From: Leptospira sp.
GTDB taxonomy: Bacteria; Spirochaetota; Leptospiria; Leptospirales; Leptospiraceae
Length of the DNA: 64,000 nt
Assembly: GCA_034439575.1 (NCBI GenBank)
Contig: JAWXAQ010000033.1
Span: forward strand, 260,967-324,966
Reading direction: 5' to 3'
The position numbers and the translations under genes were made by a program. Of this stretch, positions 22,056 to 33,001 are shown piece by piece; position 1 is the stretch's first letter; each line of letters opens with the position of its first letter. The notes below the pieces were generated by a model. The model saw only the letters and a list, made by a program, of their open reading frames with translations, did not search any database and had not been told where the DNA came from.

Positions 22056-23030
22056 ATGGAAAATAGAAAACTAACAACCCTTGCGCTTGGAACTTTGACT
22101 GCGATTGCACTCATTGGTTTTGCCCAAGCACAGTATCGAATTACAAATGGAGTCGCCACATCCAATGGAAATGATATCACTTCCATGGAATTAAAGGCGA
22201 TCACCATTGAGTCTTGGGATGCTCCAGCAGCCTCAGCCACTTATGGTTGGGAAATGTCTACAGACAAAGACGGCGTAAACAAAGATGGAACAGGCGATAT
22301 GAAATATGATGAGAATAATAAATATTCTCCAGTATTAAATGACCCTGTGAAATCTCCACTTGTTATGCGAGAAGTAAAACTTGTTCCTGGAAAACCGACA
22401 GATGTTAAAAACGTAGATCCAGGAAATGCTAAGGTATTGGGCGTAAAATTCCAATTCACTTACCCTGGTTATAACGTAGTAACAATTCGTCCTCCGAGAA
22501 CTCCTGAATACGAAGTGACTCGCTCGAGACCTTACATTGATGATAGCAACAAAAAGAAATTTGATAAAATTTATGGAATTGAAACTCCAGGAAATGTAAA
22601 AGCAATTTCAGTTTGGGTGCTTGGACGTGGTAACGAATATAATTTAGAAGGTTGGTTAGAAGATTATAATGGCAATAGCCATATCTTCCAATTCGGATCG
22701 CTAGATTTCGTAGGTTGGAGACCTCTTCAGGTAGATATCCCTGTTGGAATTCCACAAGAAGCAGGTGCATTCCCAGCGACTCGAAACTTGATATTCAAAC
22801 AATTCAAAATCAGATCTACACCAACAACTGGTGCTGAAACTGTTTATCTATTCTTTGATGAATTGAGAGTTCTGTCTGATACTTTCGAAGTTCACTTCGA
22901 CGGTGCAAATTTGGATTTTGATGAAGAAGATTGTAAACACAAAATCAAATTGGAACAGATGTTACAAAAATCCGGAGCTATTTCCACTGGAGCGAAAGTT
23001 CGCGACTGTGGTGGATCGCAAGGAAAATAA
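22056..23030 (+). CDS. flaA1: Flagellar filament sheath protein FlaA1
   Basis: Signal peptide, [33 protein letters not shown]; paralogue of the upstream gene. Confidence 0.85.
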   Translation: MENRKLTTLALGTLTAIALIGFAQAQYRITNGVATSNGNDITSMELKAITIESWDAPAASATYGWEMSTDKDGVNKDGTGDMKYDENNKYSPVLNDPVKSPLVMREVKLVPGKPTDVKNVDPGNAKVLGVKFQFTYPGYNVVTIRPPRTPEYEVTRSRPYIDDSNKKKFDKIYGIETPGNVKAISVWVLGRGNEYNLEGWLEDYNGNSHIFQFGSLDFVGWRPLQVDIPVGIPQEAGAFPATRNLIFKQFKIRSTPTTGAETVYLFFDELRVLSDTFEVHFDGANLDFDEEDCKHKIKLEQMLQKSGAISTGAKVRDCGGSQGK

Positions 23031-23054
23031 TCTACACTCCATCATTCCTACCCC

Positions 23055-23084
23055 AATACCCAGCCTTCGTGGCTGGGTATTTTT
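23055..23084 (+). terminator. Rho-independent terminator after flaA1
   Basis: AATACCCAGCC-TTCGT-GGCTGGGTATT followed by TTT. Confidence 0.85.
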
Positions 23085-23223
23085 ATACTTTACAAGATCA
23101 AGTGCTTCCCAAATCCTATCCTTAGGACTGTTCTTTTTGCGGACTCATCGCTAAAATTTACCGTAACAACGTTTGGAACATTGACCACCCTTTATTGGAA
23201 ATTCGAAGAGGGAGATTCTTCTC

Positions 23224-25989
23224 ATGCCCGAGACTATTACCGAAGACAAATCGAACAAAACAGCAGATTCTGATAAACTCACATCGCTTTTTAACGAAGA
23301 AATTTACGTACGCGCAGATGCAAGTTCAGTACCTGCATCTAAGTTTAAAATTTATGATGATATCATAGATGCATACAAAGCAGAGGGAACACTCCCTCAA
23401 GCGAAACAAAAGATAGAGGATCATTTCAAAGAACATCCCGAATCTATTTCTGCGAAATATATGCTGATGATCCTTTCCTTTATGGAAGATCCGATGGGCG
23501 ATGCCAATTTGGTAAAAAACCTACTCGATTCTTTCAAAGCTCATGGAAAGTGGACTATCATTGAATACATCACAGACTCCATACTAAAATTTGGTGATCT
23601 TATATTGGCACTTCGAGTGAAAGCGGAAGCGCTTGATAAACTCAAGAAAAACAAAGAACTTAAAGTTGTTTTAGAGAAGTTAGCCGCCAAGGACAAAAAA
23701 AATCCTGAGATAGCTAAGAAATATGCTCTTACCATTATGGAAGAGGATAAACCTAAAGCTATATCATATCTCAAACAAGCGGCTGAAATTTTTGCGAAAA
23801 ACAAAGATTATGCGCAAATGGAAGAGATTTGGTCTATTCTTGTTCAGCACAATTATGAAGATGTTGGATTTTTTGATAAAATCGAACGTATTCTCCTTGG
23901 AAATCGCGAAAAGACTAGGCTAGTTGGCTTATTATATCCATTAGTTGAGCCTTACAAAGCATTAGAAGATTGGGATCGTGTTATTTATTTTTTAAAGAAA
24001 ATATTAGAACACGAAGCAGCTTCACAAAAAGCTAGAAATGAATTAATCAGATCTTACAAACAAAAGTACGCAAATCACTCTCTACTTGAAGATTTTTTGA
24101 AAATGAGTGAACTCGGTAACAACCGTAAGCCGGTAAAAGTTTGTATTACTAACTTCGAAAGAAACATTGTATTTGATACTGATAACTATGTTATGCATAG
24201 AAATTGGGGTGTTGGAAAAATTACTTCTATATCTCAAACAGGTGATTCAATTTTCGTAGATTTCGAAGAAAAGAAAGATCATAAACTATCCATTCAAATG
24301 GCGATCACTTCATTGAAACCATTGAAGAAAGATCATATTTGGGTTCATAATTATGAAAACAAAGAAGAAGTAAATTCTCTATTCTCAGATAATCTTCCGG
24401 AGTTTTTAAAAGAACTCCTTCGTTCGTATGACAACCGTATGATGGTTGCTGATATGAAGAACGAATTGATTGGTACATTTTTAAAAGCAGAAGAATGGTC
24501 TAAGTGGTGGGCAAAGGTAAAATCGGTTCTGAAAAAAGAAGCGAACATCGGTATGAATCCAAAGAAAAAGGATGAAATTGTTTACCATGAAAAACCGATC
24601 ACACACTCAGAAACTCTAACACAAAAATTTCAGGCAAATGCTGATCTAAATAAAAAATTAGAAATCGCCATGGAAGCAGTTCGTGACGCAGATGAGGCAT
24701 CAGAAGCGGGCGAATTTTTTATATCGCATTATGTTGATGAAGAGGCTGCTAAGGATCCGATTCGTCGCCTATCAGCTTACCTTTATTTAAACGAAGCAAG
24801 TAAAGCTTGGCCGACAGAAGAGTTCAATCACCAAATTCGAGAACCAGAACTTCAAACGATCATTCAATCTTTGAGTAAAGAAGAAGCTCTAAAAACTTCT
24901 AAGTCTTTAGAAAACACAGATATCAAAAAAGGATTCAAAGATCTAATTCGAAAGTATCATCCAAAAGCCATTGATATATTGGTCGGATTGTTATTTGAAG
25001 TTCCAGTCAAAGTGAATCGGTCAGTTTTCCAAAATTTGGTTTCAGATGAAAAATTTGCTGAGTTAAACTTATTTATTGAAACTGTATCCAATAAATCTAA
25101 AGAACATCCAGAAGTGTTTTTGTGGGTTGCAAAATCCATTCTTTCGCACACTTGGAAATTTGATTGGATGAATATTTCAGAAGAGAATCTCGTATTACGC
25201 GTGTTCCGTATTCTGAAGCCACTTGCAAAAATTGAAGATAAAGGTACAAAACTAAAAAACCAAGCCATGGATATTCTCTTTGGCAAAGACAACACACTTC
25301 TTCGCGAAACACTTGAACGTGGAGATGATGAGTATGTTAGAAAATTGTATGCACTCTTCAGAGAAGTTCCTTATGTTACAGATTTAGAAAAGGACCAACT
25401 ACTTACCCTTATCAACGAAGTAAAACCTAACATTGTTTGGGATGAATACGAAGGTGAAGAAGAAGCAGATGATGATCCTTTGGCGAACTTACCTCCAGAT
25501 GTAGTACTTGTTACACGTCAGGCATTTAACGCTAAAAAGTTGGATTTCGAACATTTAGTAAATGTGGAAATGGTTGAAAACTCTCGCGATATCGGAGAAG
25601 CACAAGAAAAAGGTGACCTTCGTGAGAACGCAGAATACAAAGCTGCTATGGAAAAACAAGTTCAATTGCAAGCCGCCATCAAACGTTTGGAAGCAGAATT
25701 GAAAAGTGCGCGAATCTTAGATCTTAGTGAAGTGAAGACTGATAAAGTTGGAATTGGTGCTACAGTAAAATTGAAGAATAAACAGACAAATGAAAATGTC
25801 ACTTATTCGATACTCGGTGCATGGGATGCTGATACAGAAAGAAATATTATTTCTTACAATTCACCATTAGCTAAGTCACTACTTGGAAAAACTGTGGGAA
25901 GTGAGGCGACTTTACTTTTCGGCTCAACTGATACAGTATACGAAGTATTGGGAATATCACGTTATTCAATGAGTGGACAAGAAGCATAA
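23224..25989 (+). CDS. greA: Long-form transcription elongation factor GreA (large helical N-terminal extension)
   Basis: C-terminal IGEAQEKGDLRENAEYKAA, VGIGATV, IISYNSPLAKSLLGK; ~760-aa N-terminal extension. Confidence 0.92.
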   Translation: MPETITEDKSNKTADSDKLTSLFNEEIYVRADASSVPASKFKIYDDIIDAYKAEGTLPQAKQKIEDHFKEHPESISAKYMLMILSFMEDPMGDANLVKNLLDSFKAHGKWTIIEYITDSILKFGDLILALRVKAEALDKLKKNKELKVVLEKLAAKDKKNPEIAKKYALTIMEEDKPKAISYLKQAAEIFAKNKDYAQMEEIWSILVQHNYEDVGFFDKIERILLGNREKTRLVGLLYPLVEPYKALEDWDRVIYFLKKILEHEAASQKARNELIRSYKQKYANHSLLEDFLKMSELGNNRKPVKVCITNFERNIVFDTDNYVMHRNWGVGKITSISQTGDSIFVDFEEKKDHKLSIQMAITSLKPLKKDHIWVHNYENKEEVNSLFSDNLPEFLKELLRSYDNRMMVADMKNELIGTFLKAEEWSKWWAKVKSVLKKEANIGMNPKKKDEIVYHEKPITHSETLTQKFQANADLNKKLEIAMEAVRDADEASEAGEFFISHYVDEEAAKDPIRRLSAYLYLNEASKAWPTEEFNHQIREPELQTIIQSLSKEEALKTSKSLENTDIKKGFKDLIRKYHPKAIDILVGLLFEVPVKVNRSVFQNLVSDEKFAELNLFIETVSNKSKEHPEVFLWVAKSILSHTWKFDWMNISEENLVLRVFRILKPLAKIEDKGTKLKNQAMDILFGKDNTLLRETLERGDDEYVRKLYALFREVPYVTDLEKDQLLTLINEVKPNIVWDEYEGEEEADDDPLANLPPDVVLVTRQAFNAKKLDFEHLVNVEMVENSRDIGEAQEKGDLRENAEYKAAMEKQVQLQAAIKRLEAELKSARILDLSEVKTDKVGIGATVKLKNKQTNENVTYSILGAWDADTERNIISYNSPLAKSLLGKTVGSEATLLFGSTDTVYEVLGISRYSMSGQEA

Positions 25990-27797
25990 GATTCAGATTT
26001 CCAACCATTGGTGACTATCAGGTCCAAAAATGGATCTGATATATTTCCAGCAAAGTCAAAAGCCCTAACTTCCAAAAGAAGGTAGGGCTTTTCTTTGTAC
26101 AAACTTTTAGGCAAGGAAATCTTGATCGCAGTGCGATCTGGATCATACTCATATGGATAAGATTGTCCATCTATCAGGAGTTCTACTGTATTTTTAAATC
26201 CAGTTCCAGTATCGCCTAAAACATAATATCTATTTTCGAAACAATGGTCCCTAATTTGTGGTAACTCAATATGACGAGCAAGGGATGTCATAGGCAAAAC
26301 ATATGGCAAAGCCTGATCCTCTAAGATCATAAGATAGCCTAATTTGCTTAGAGAAAATTGTATCGTATCGCCCTTTTTTTTATGTTTGATACTGGAAAAT
26401 TTTTTAATCGATTCATCCCAAAAATATAAAGCATCCTTTGTTGAAACTGGGTTGTCGGAAATTAATTCACCTTGACCTTCGCCTTTCCAGGAAAAACTAT
26501 TGGCAGTTATGTGGTAAACTTTACTTTTCAAAATTAGACCTTTGGGGATATGGAAGGGAAGGGTATCTGGATTATACTCTATTTCTGTAATCGAAACTGC
26601 CCCATTTCCGGTGGATTCATTTTTGGAAAGATCGAAGGAAACTTTATTGTCTTTTGAAATTATTTTTTTGCCAGAATTTGGTTTAACGAATGAATGATCT
26701 GAGATCGGAATTTCATTATTGATAAAAAATTTCAGATAGGATCTATTGCCAGTCGCATCAAAAAGTCCTGCTTCCACTGTGTGTTTGGTGGTGAAATTTT
26801 TGTCGGAAAGATTGATGGAATACGATTCTTCTTTGAGATTGTTTGCCTGATGATAGAGGTGATAAAAATAAATGGGCGGAGATAAGGAAGATCGATTGAC
26901 ATCATAAAATTGGTGTTTTTGCGCATCTTCTTTAAATGAAAAAGAATCAAATTGGCGTTTGAAAATTTGCACTCCATCTAACGAAAGGTCCATGCCATAT
27001 ACATTGTTTTTGTTTCTTGAACGTATGATATCATATCCACCGATTCTTATTTTGATTTTACCTGTAAGGTTTATATCATTTACCACTTCCCCTTTTTCAT
27101 CTATGAGCGTATAAATCCCTTTTCCCACTTCTTTTGCTTGCAATATTATGGGTTTGGAAAGCACATCTGATTCCAAAAATAATGAAAGAATTGTGGGTGG
27201 GGTTTCGTCTTTCTGATGTAAGTCGGGGAAATAAAGCGGATTGACTATCCCTTTTTCTGTCCGAAATTCTAAATGTAAATGTGAAATTCCAGAACCTGAT
27301 TCTCCCGTTTTTCCTATTGGTATCCCTTTTTTTGCCTGGAACATTTTTTCTGGAAGTTTGAGTTTGAATCCCTCTCTTTCGCCCATCAAAAAAAGAGCCT
27401 GTCTTAATAATTCCAAATCAAGGAGTTCCCCACCAAATGAATGTAAGTGGGCATATTTTGATTTAATTTTATGTTTTGGATTATAAAAATTGAGTGAAAG
27501 GCCATATCCAATTTTTGAAAAATTAATTTCGTCAACATAACCATCAAAAGTGGCAAGTATGCTGTGCCCATTCAATCCATAGGATTTAAAATCAGACCCT
27601 AAATGCAAATTGTGATTTCGAATTTCTGCGAATGTACCTGTGACAGGTGAGTAATAGGGTAGAGGAAAACCTACATCTTCTTTTGGGATATTTGGAATAA
27701 TTTCTTCTGCACCAATTGGCCAAAGAAAAAATAAGAAAAAACTCATAAATAAAATAACGCGTGTTGTTTCCCGATTTGTCTTATTTAATTTTGACAA
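25962..27797 (-). CDS. M23 family metallopeptidase (exported)
   Basis: GTFAEIR.HNLHLGSDF (HxxxD), YAHL, TGESG...SHLHLE (HxH); N-terminal signal; start uncertain. Confidence 0.85.
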   Translation of the reverse strand: MSKLNKTNRETTRVILFMSFFLFFLWPIGAEEIIPNIPKEDVGFPLPYYSPVTGTFAEIRNHNLHLGSDFKSYGLNGHSILATFDGYVDEINFSKIGYGLSLNFYNPKHKIKSKYAHLHSFGGELLDLELLRQALFLMGEREGFKLKLPEKMFQAKKGIPIGKTGESGSGISHLHLEFRTEKGIVNPLYFPDLHQKDETPPTILSLFLESDVLSKPIILQAKEVGKGIYTLIDEKGEVVNDINLTGKIKIRIGGYDIIRSRNKNNVYGMDLSLDGVQIFKRQFDSFSFKEDAQKHQFYDVNRSSLSPPIYFYHLYHQANNLKEESYSINLSDKNFTTKHTVEAGLFDATGNRSYLKFFINNEIPISDHSFVKPNSGKKIISKDNKVSFDLSKNESTGNGAVSITEIEYNPDTLPFHIPKGLILKSKVYHITANSFSWKGEGQGELISDNPVSTKDALYFWDESIKKFSSIKHKKKGDTIQFSLSKLGYLMILEDQALPYVLPMTSLARHIELPQIRDHCFENRYYVLGDTGTGFKNTVELLIDGQSYPYEYDPDRTAIKISLPKSLYKEKPYLLLEVRAFDFAGNISDPFLDLIVTNGWKSESYASCPLIE

Positions 27798-27902
27798 AGT
27801 TTTTTCTTCCTTTCGAATTTATATTCATACTTGGGATTCTGATTTCTTCTTCTTTCTCAAGTCAAATCCGATTCCCTTGACAAGTGAAGCGAAGTAGCGA
27901 CT

Positions 27903-28484
27903 ATGGTGCAGGTTTCCAGAATCTGTATGATTTCCCGTTTGGTCATTCTAGTCATTTCCCAATTGTTGTTTTTTCAATGTTCCCTGTTCCAAGGGGAACC
28001 TGGAAGGCCACCAAAAATCAATGGCGTTCCTATTGCCGATAACACTCGGCTTCTCTATATACAAAATGTCAGAAACAATACCTATTCGGCAGGGGTTCAT
28101 ACCAGGCTCACGCAAATGGTGATGGAAGAAATCGAAAGACGAGGACGCTTTATCACAACTCGGGATAAAACAAAGGCCGCCTATAGACTCTATTCAGAGA
28201 TCGTTCATTACCAAAAAGTGGGCGACTTAATGGATCTAGCTGACCAACAATTGTCTTCTGAGTTATTTGTGGTCGCGAGGTTGGAATTAGTGGAAGGTGT
28301 TTCCGGAAAAAAACTTCCTCTAGAGAGAAATGAAATTCCTGGACGTGCCCATTTTTCTACCCAACTTGGATACCGCGAGTCCGAGGAAGAAGCTCAGAAT
28401 CGTCTTTTGCGAGTGATAGCACTACGCATTGCCGAAGAAACGGAAAGAGCGTGGTATTTTTCTTTATCTGGTCGCATAGACTAA
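27903..28484 (+). CDS. Lipoprotein, LptE-like LPS assembly family (tentative)
   Basis: Lipobox-like LLFFQ-C; LYIQNVRNNTY; C-terminal helix EEEAQNRLLRVIALRI; start may be ATG 27927. Confidence 0.55.
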   Translation: MVQVSRICMISRLVILVISQLLFFQCSLFQGEPGRPPKINGVPIADNTRLLYIQNVRNNTYSAGVHTRLTQMVMEEIERRGRFITTRDKTKAAYRLYSEIVHYQKVGDLMDLADQQLSSELFVVARLELVEGVSGKKLPLERNEIPGRAHFSTQLGYRESEEEAQNRLLRVIALRIAEETERAWYFSLSGRID

Positions 28485-28511
28485 ATTTATTAACCATCGG
28501 AGGGCACAACA

Positions 28512-28991
28512 TTGTCACTAGAAAATACAAATCCAGACGATACAAAAGCAGAGATGTTGGCCTTTGAACAATATCTAAAAGACAAAGGCTTAAAGATAAC
28601 TAACCAAAGGCTCTTGGTTGCTGAAAAAATTTTTTCATCTCATAATCATTTTACAGCGGAAGGATTATTGGATGAATTAAAAGACAACAAAGACAAAATA
28701 TCAAAAGCTACAATTTATAGAATTTTATCGATCATGGTAGAAGCAGGCCTTCTAGAAGAACATGATTTTGGAAAAGATTACAAATATTATGAACATATTA
28801 TTGGTCACGAACACCATGACCATATCATTTGTGTACAATGTGGCCGTATTGTAGAATTTATAGACGATCAAATCGAAGACTTACAAAAAAACGCGGCGGC
28901 TAAAAACGGATTCAAAATCACGGGTCACAGTTTAAATATTTATGCAATTTGTCAGAATGTAGATACTTGCGAATATAATAAAAAACGATAG
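28512..28991 (+). CDS. fur: Fur family transcriptional regulator
   Basis: [37 protein letters not shown]. Confidence 0.9.
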   Translation: MSLENTNPDDTKAEMLAFEQYLKDKGLKITNQRLLVAEKIFSSHNHFTAEGLLDELKDNKDKISKATIYRILSIMVEAGLLEEHDFGKDYKYYEHIIGHEHHDHIICVQCGRIVEFIDDQIEDLQKNAAAKNGFKITGHSLNIYAICQNVDTCEYNKKR

Positions 28992-30106
28992 TGGCATTCA
29001 AATTCCAAATTGAAAGTAAGGATGAAGAAAGTTTTGCAAGGTCGGGCATCCTTGATTTAAACGGACAGAGAATTGAAACACCCATCTTTATGCCCGTTGG
29101 CACTCGTGGAAGTGTCAAATCACTCACATCTGAAGATTTAGTTGAAATCGGATACCAACTCATCCTCGGAAACACTTACCATTTATATTTAAAACCTGGC
29201 GTTGAAGTACTATCACACTTTGGTGGATTAAAAAAATTTATGGCCTTCCCGAATGCGATTCTCACAGATTCCGGTGGATTTCAGGTCTTTTCCTTAGCTA
29301 GTTTGTTTAAATTTGAAGAAGATGGAGTTCGATTCCAATCTCATATCGATGGTAGTCATCATAAATTCACTCCTTCATCGGTAATAGATATCCAAAGGAC
29401 AATTGGCTCCGATATCATGATGGTTTTAGATGATTGCCCACCTTACGGTAGTTCGCTTGCTAGATTAGAAGAGTCTTTGGATAGAACATATCGCTGGGCT
29501 AAAGATTCCATTGAGCATTGGCAAAAAAATCCGGGGGATCAAAATCTATTTTGCATTGTGCAAGGTGGAACGAACGAAGCTTTACGAAAAAAAAGTCTGA
29601 ATGATTTACAGAGCCTTCCTTTTCCTGGCATTGCCATTGGTGGACTTTCAGTGGGAGAGCCAAGAGAAGAATACAACCGCATTCTGACCGCAATCGCTCC
29701 CGATTTAGATGAAACGCGTCCGCACTATCTGATGGGGGTAGGCACTGTCACTGATATCTTAGAGGGAGTGAAAAATGGAATCGATATGTTTGATTGTGTA
29801 TTGCCTACAAGAAATGCCAGGAACGGCCAAGTTTTCACGAGTTACGGTAAAATAAACCTTCGAAATGAAAGCCATAGGCTATCTACAAGTCCCATTGATC
29901 CCTTATGCCTGTGCAAGGTATGCAAAACCTATAGCCTGGGCTATATACGCCACTTGCACAAAGTAAAGGAATTGACTGCCTTTAGTCTCTCCACCTATCA
30001 CAACTTATATTTTATGAAGCAATTTATGGATGAGTTAAGAAAATCCATACAAAACAAGGAATTTTCATCCTTTTACCAACATTGGAAAAATTTATATGCT
30101 TCCTAA
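28991..30106 (+). CDS. tgt: tRNA-guanine transglycosylase
   Basis: [48 protein letters not shown], CxCxxC Zn site. Confidence 0.97.
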   Translation: MAFKFQIESKDEESFARSGILDLNGQRIETPIFMPVGTRGSVKSLTSEDLVEIGYQLILGNTYHLYLKPGVEVLSHFGGLKKFMAFPNAILTDSGGFQVFSLASLFKFEEDGVRFQSHIDGSHHKFTPSSVIDIQRTIGSDIMMVLDDCPPYGSSLARLEESLDRTYRWAKDSIEHWQKNPGDQNLFCIVQGGTNEALRKKSLNDLQSLPFPGIAIGGLSVGEPREEYNRILTAIAPDLDETRPHYLMGVGTVTDILEGVKNGIDMFDCVLPTRNARNGQVFTSYGKINLRNESHRLSTSPIDPLCLCKVCKTYSLGYIRHLHKVKELTAFSLSTYHNLYFMKQFMDELRKSIQNKEFSSFYQHWKNLYAS

Positions 30107-30199
30107 AATTATTAGGTTGACGTATCCGATTTTTTTTTATGTGATTGTACCGTCATTTCTACATTGATTGTAGCTTCACTGAGGAGTCTCTAGACACAC

Positions 30200-30535
30200 A
30201 TGGAAATCACTAGAAGGGAAAAAGATAAAATCGTAGTCCTCGACATTAACGGGGAAATCGACCTTTACAACGCTCCTGAAATTAAGGATGTTATTGCAAA
30301 ATTGATTGAAGAGCAGAAATACTGCATCGTTATCAACCTAGAGAAAGTTTCTTATATTGATTCATCTGGCATTGGTGCCTTGATATCGAGCTTATCTAAT
30401 TTGAAGAAATACCAAGGTGGACTAAAAATCATCAACGTTGCGGGTTCAGTGCGTAAGGTTTTTGAACTTACAAAACTTACCTCTTTCTTCGAAATCTTCG
30501 ATAACGAAGACGAAGCCACCGCTGCTTTTAAATAG
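30200..30535 (+). CDS. STAS domain anti-sigma factor antagonist (RsbV/SpoIIAA-like)
   Basis: GEIDLYNAP, VSYIDSSGIGAL (phospho-Ser motif), VRKVFELT. Confidence 0.92.
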   Translation: MEITRREKDKIVVLDINGEIDLYNAPEIKDVIAKLIEEQKYCIVINLEKVSYIDSSGIGALISSLSNLKKYQGGLKIINVAGSVRKVFELTKLTSFFEIFDNEDEATAAFK

Positions 30536-30565
30536 GAAGGAGGGCATCTGCTTTTCTTCCTATTT
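30530..30565 (+). terminator. Stem-loop after the STAS gene (probable terminator)
   Basis: AAATAGGAAG...CTTCCTATTT 10-bp perfect outer stem. Confidence 0.6.
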
Positions 30566-30600
30566 ATATTATAATCCCCTACGAACTAAGGAGTTTAATT

Positions 30601-32064
30601 ATGTTACGTAAGATAAAGACGTCAGTCTATCTTGTAACGATGGCATTTGTATTGTCCACGGCTACAAACTGTGGGCAAGAATTGCCATTGAAGGAGCTTG
30701 CTCTCGCAAAAGCGCAAGTGGAACGAGCTGAAAACTTAAAAGCCGAAGAATATTCTCCAGAAGAATTTCAAGAAGCAAAAAAAAGCCTTACTGCTGCCAA
30801 TGATTTTGCCGCTGAAGAGAAAGCTTCTGATTCCAAAAAAAGTGCTGATTATGCGATCTCTAAAGCATACGATGCCTTGGAAAAAACTTTACCGAAGCTC
30901 ACAGCCAAAACTAGAGAAGAAGCCGTCGCAAATATTGATGCCGCTGATGAAGCAAATGCAGGCGAAACTTCACCTGAAGAATTCAAAAAAGCAAATACTT
31001 TAAAAGAAGCTGGAGATGCGAAACTAACCAGTGCCGATAGTTCACTCGCTGCGTATTTAAAAGAAGATAGTGATACAAAAGTAAAAGATGAAAAGAGACT
31101 TCAAGCTCTGAATGAATATGAGGAAGCCTATAATCTTTTCAATGAATCTAAAAAATCAGGAATGGATGCAAAAGCTGTTGCCTTAGAAAAATCAGGCACG
31201 ATTCGCCAATCTGCAGATGAAGTGGATGCTAGCCTCCAAAAGGCCGGTAAATATTATAACGGATCAAACCCAGCCATAGAAGAAGAAAAAGCTAGAATCC
31301 AATCAGCATATGCTGATTTAGATGCTGGAAAATTAAAATCCGCTGATGAAAAAATTAAAACGGCACGCGCCGCTTCGGGTCCATTACTTGCGGCTTCTGT
31401 CAAAGATCACGCCAAAGAAAGAAATGGCCAGGCTCGGGATGTGGTAGAAGATGCAAATCACCGATTTGCGGATTTGAATTCTGATGCCATGATGAAGTCA
31501 CCTAACACGAAAGACTCTTATGCAAGTGCACAAGAAAATTTAGGCGCTGCGAATGAATCTTTGACATCTTCATCAAATATGTTTGAACAAGAAAAATACG
31601 AAGACTCAATCTCTCAATCCGAAGAAGCAATTCGTTTGGCTGAGATTTCAATTGATCAAGTAGAAACTCTGAAAACAAACAATCCAAAAATGTTCAAAAC
31701 TCGTGATGCTGTGACAACAACAGACACAGATAAAACGACAAAAACAGACGCGACTGACAAAACAGAAACTGTAACATCTAATGACTCTGATAAAACAACA
31801 GAGGAAGAAAGTTCAGACTCTGCTTCTGGAAGATTGCGTGATCTCGGCAAAGGTTGGAAAGAGTATACAGTTGCTAAATCAAATCCAGCAGATTGTTTAT
31901 GGAGAATTGCGAAAAAGAAAGATGTTTATAGTAATTCAAAACTATGGACAAGAATTTATGCAGCAAACCGTAAAAAAATCAAAGACAAAGATTTGATCTA
32001 CCCAAGCCAAAAATTAAGAATCCCACCTAAAACGGGAAAGATTGGATCACCTCCAAGTAAATAA
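30601..32064 (+). CDS. lipL71: LipL71/LruA-like lipoprotein with C-terminal LysM-type domain
   Basis: Lipobox ATN-C, Ala/Glu/Lys-rich helical body, T/D/K-rich linker, DCLWRIA..VY....W.RIY.AN..KIKD.DLIYP.QKLRIP. Confidence 0.8.
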   Translation: MLRKIKTSVYLVTMAFVLSTATNCGQELPLKELALAKAQVERAENLKAEEYSPEEFQEAKKSLTAANDFAAEEKASDSKKSADYAISKAYDALEKTLPKLTAKTREEAVANIDAADEANAGETSPEEFKKANTLKEAGDAKLTSADSSLAAYLKEDSDTKVKDEKRLQALNEYEEAYNLFNESKKSGMDAKAVALEKSGTIRQSADEVDASLQKAGKYYNGSNPAIEEEKARIQSAYADLDAGKLKSADEKIKTARAASGPLLAASVKDHAKERNGQARDVVEDANHRFADLNSDAMMKSPNTKDSYASAQENLGAANESLTSSSNMFEQEKYEDSISQSEEAIRLAEISIDQVETLKTNNPKMFKTRDAVTTTDTDKTTKTDATDKTETVTSNDSDKTTEEESSDSASGRLRDLGKGWKEYTVAKSNPADCLWRIAKKKDVYSNSKLWTRIYAANRKKIKDKDLIYPSQKLRIPPKTGKIGSPPSK

Positions 32065-32086
32065 AACTAATGTATAGGAATAGATT

Positions 32087-32116
32087 AAAAGCTGTCTTTA
32101 GGGCAGCTTTTTTTTT
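32087..32116 (+). terminator. Rho-independent terminator after lipL71
   Basis: AAAAGCTGTC-TTTAG-GGCAGCTTTTTTTTT. Confidence 0.85.
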
Positions 32117-32134
32117 GTCTAAAGGATAGGAATC

Positions 32135-33001
32135 ATGGAAACCAGGGGCTATACAGAACCCATAGCAAAAATCACAAGTGATGATTTTGAAGACTTAGTC
32201 AATCTTGCATGGGCAGAAGATCTTCCCAATGGAGATATCACAACTGACTCCCTTTTTCTTCCGACCGACCAAACAGAGGCCACACTCTTATCGAAAGATG
32301 AAGGTGTGTTATGTGGAACAGATGTCATCGAATGTCTTTTAAAAAAAGCCCAAGGGAAGGTTCAATATACCGCCTTACTACAAGATGGTGCTAAAATTAA
32401 AAAAGGGGATATGATCGGTGTATTAAAGGGATCTTTAGCAATGATTTTAAAAATGGAAAGAATCATGCTTAACTTTATTCAATACCTTTCTGGTATTTCG
32501 ACAAACGCAGATAAAGTGACTTGCGAATATCCAGATTTAGTGATACTGGATACTAGAAAAACATTACCTGGGTATCGCAAACTCGCAAAGTATGCAGTAC
32601 ATACAGGTGGGGGTTGGAATCATAGACTTCATTTGTCTGATATGGCTATGTTAAAAGATAACCATATAGCTAAGGCAGGCTCGATTACTGTTGCCGTAAA
32701 TAGTGTTAGAAAACTTCATCCTGATAAACGAATTGAGTTAGAAATTGATTCTTTAGGCCAATTAACAGAGGCTATAGCGGCCTCGCCAGATATTATTTTA
32801 CTCGATAATTTTAATTTAGAAAATACTGCGTCAGCAATTCAAATCCTGAAAGAAAAAGCTCCGCAAATGATCATTGAATGTTCTGGAGGCATCACACCAG
32901 AAAAATTAAAGGCTCTATCTCAATTTTCAGGCATAGGCGTGAGTATGGGTTATCTCACTCATACTGTCCGGTTTCTAGACATTAGTTTGGAGATTCATTA
33001 G
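32135..33001 (+). CDS. nadC: Nicotinate-nucleotide diphosphorylase (carboxylating)
   Basis: EDLP.GDITT, ERIMLN, DTRKTLPG, NHR, MLKDNH, ILLDNF, ECSGGI. Confidence 0.95.
   Translation: METRGYTEPIAKITSDDFEDLVNLAWAEDLPNGDITTDSLFLPTDQTEATLLSKDEGVLCGTDVIECLLKKAQGKVQYTALLQDGAKIKKGDMIGVLKGSLAMILKMERIMLNFIQYLSGISTNADKVTCEYPDLVILDTRKTLPGYRKLAKYAVHTGGGWNHRLHLSDMAMLKDNHIAKAGSITVAVNSVRKLHPDKRIELEIDSLGQLTEAIAASPDIILLDNFNLENTASAIQILKEKAPQMIIECSGGITPEKLKALSQFSGIGVSMGYLTHTVRFLDISLEIH

Noticed and set aside
31711-31800. ACA/GAC-rich quasi-repeats in lipL71
   Set aside because: Low-complexity Thr/Asp/Lys linker within an intact CDS; no fixed repeat-spacer period
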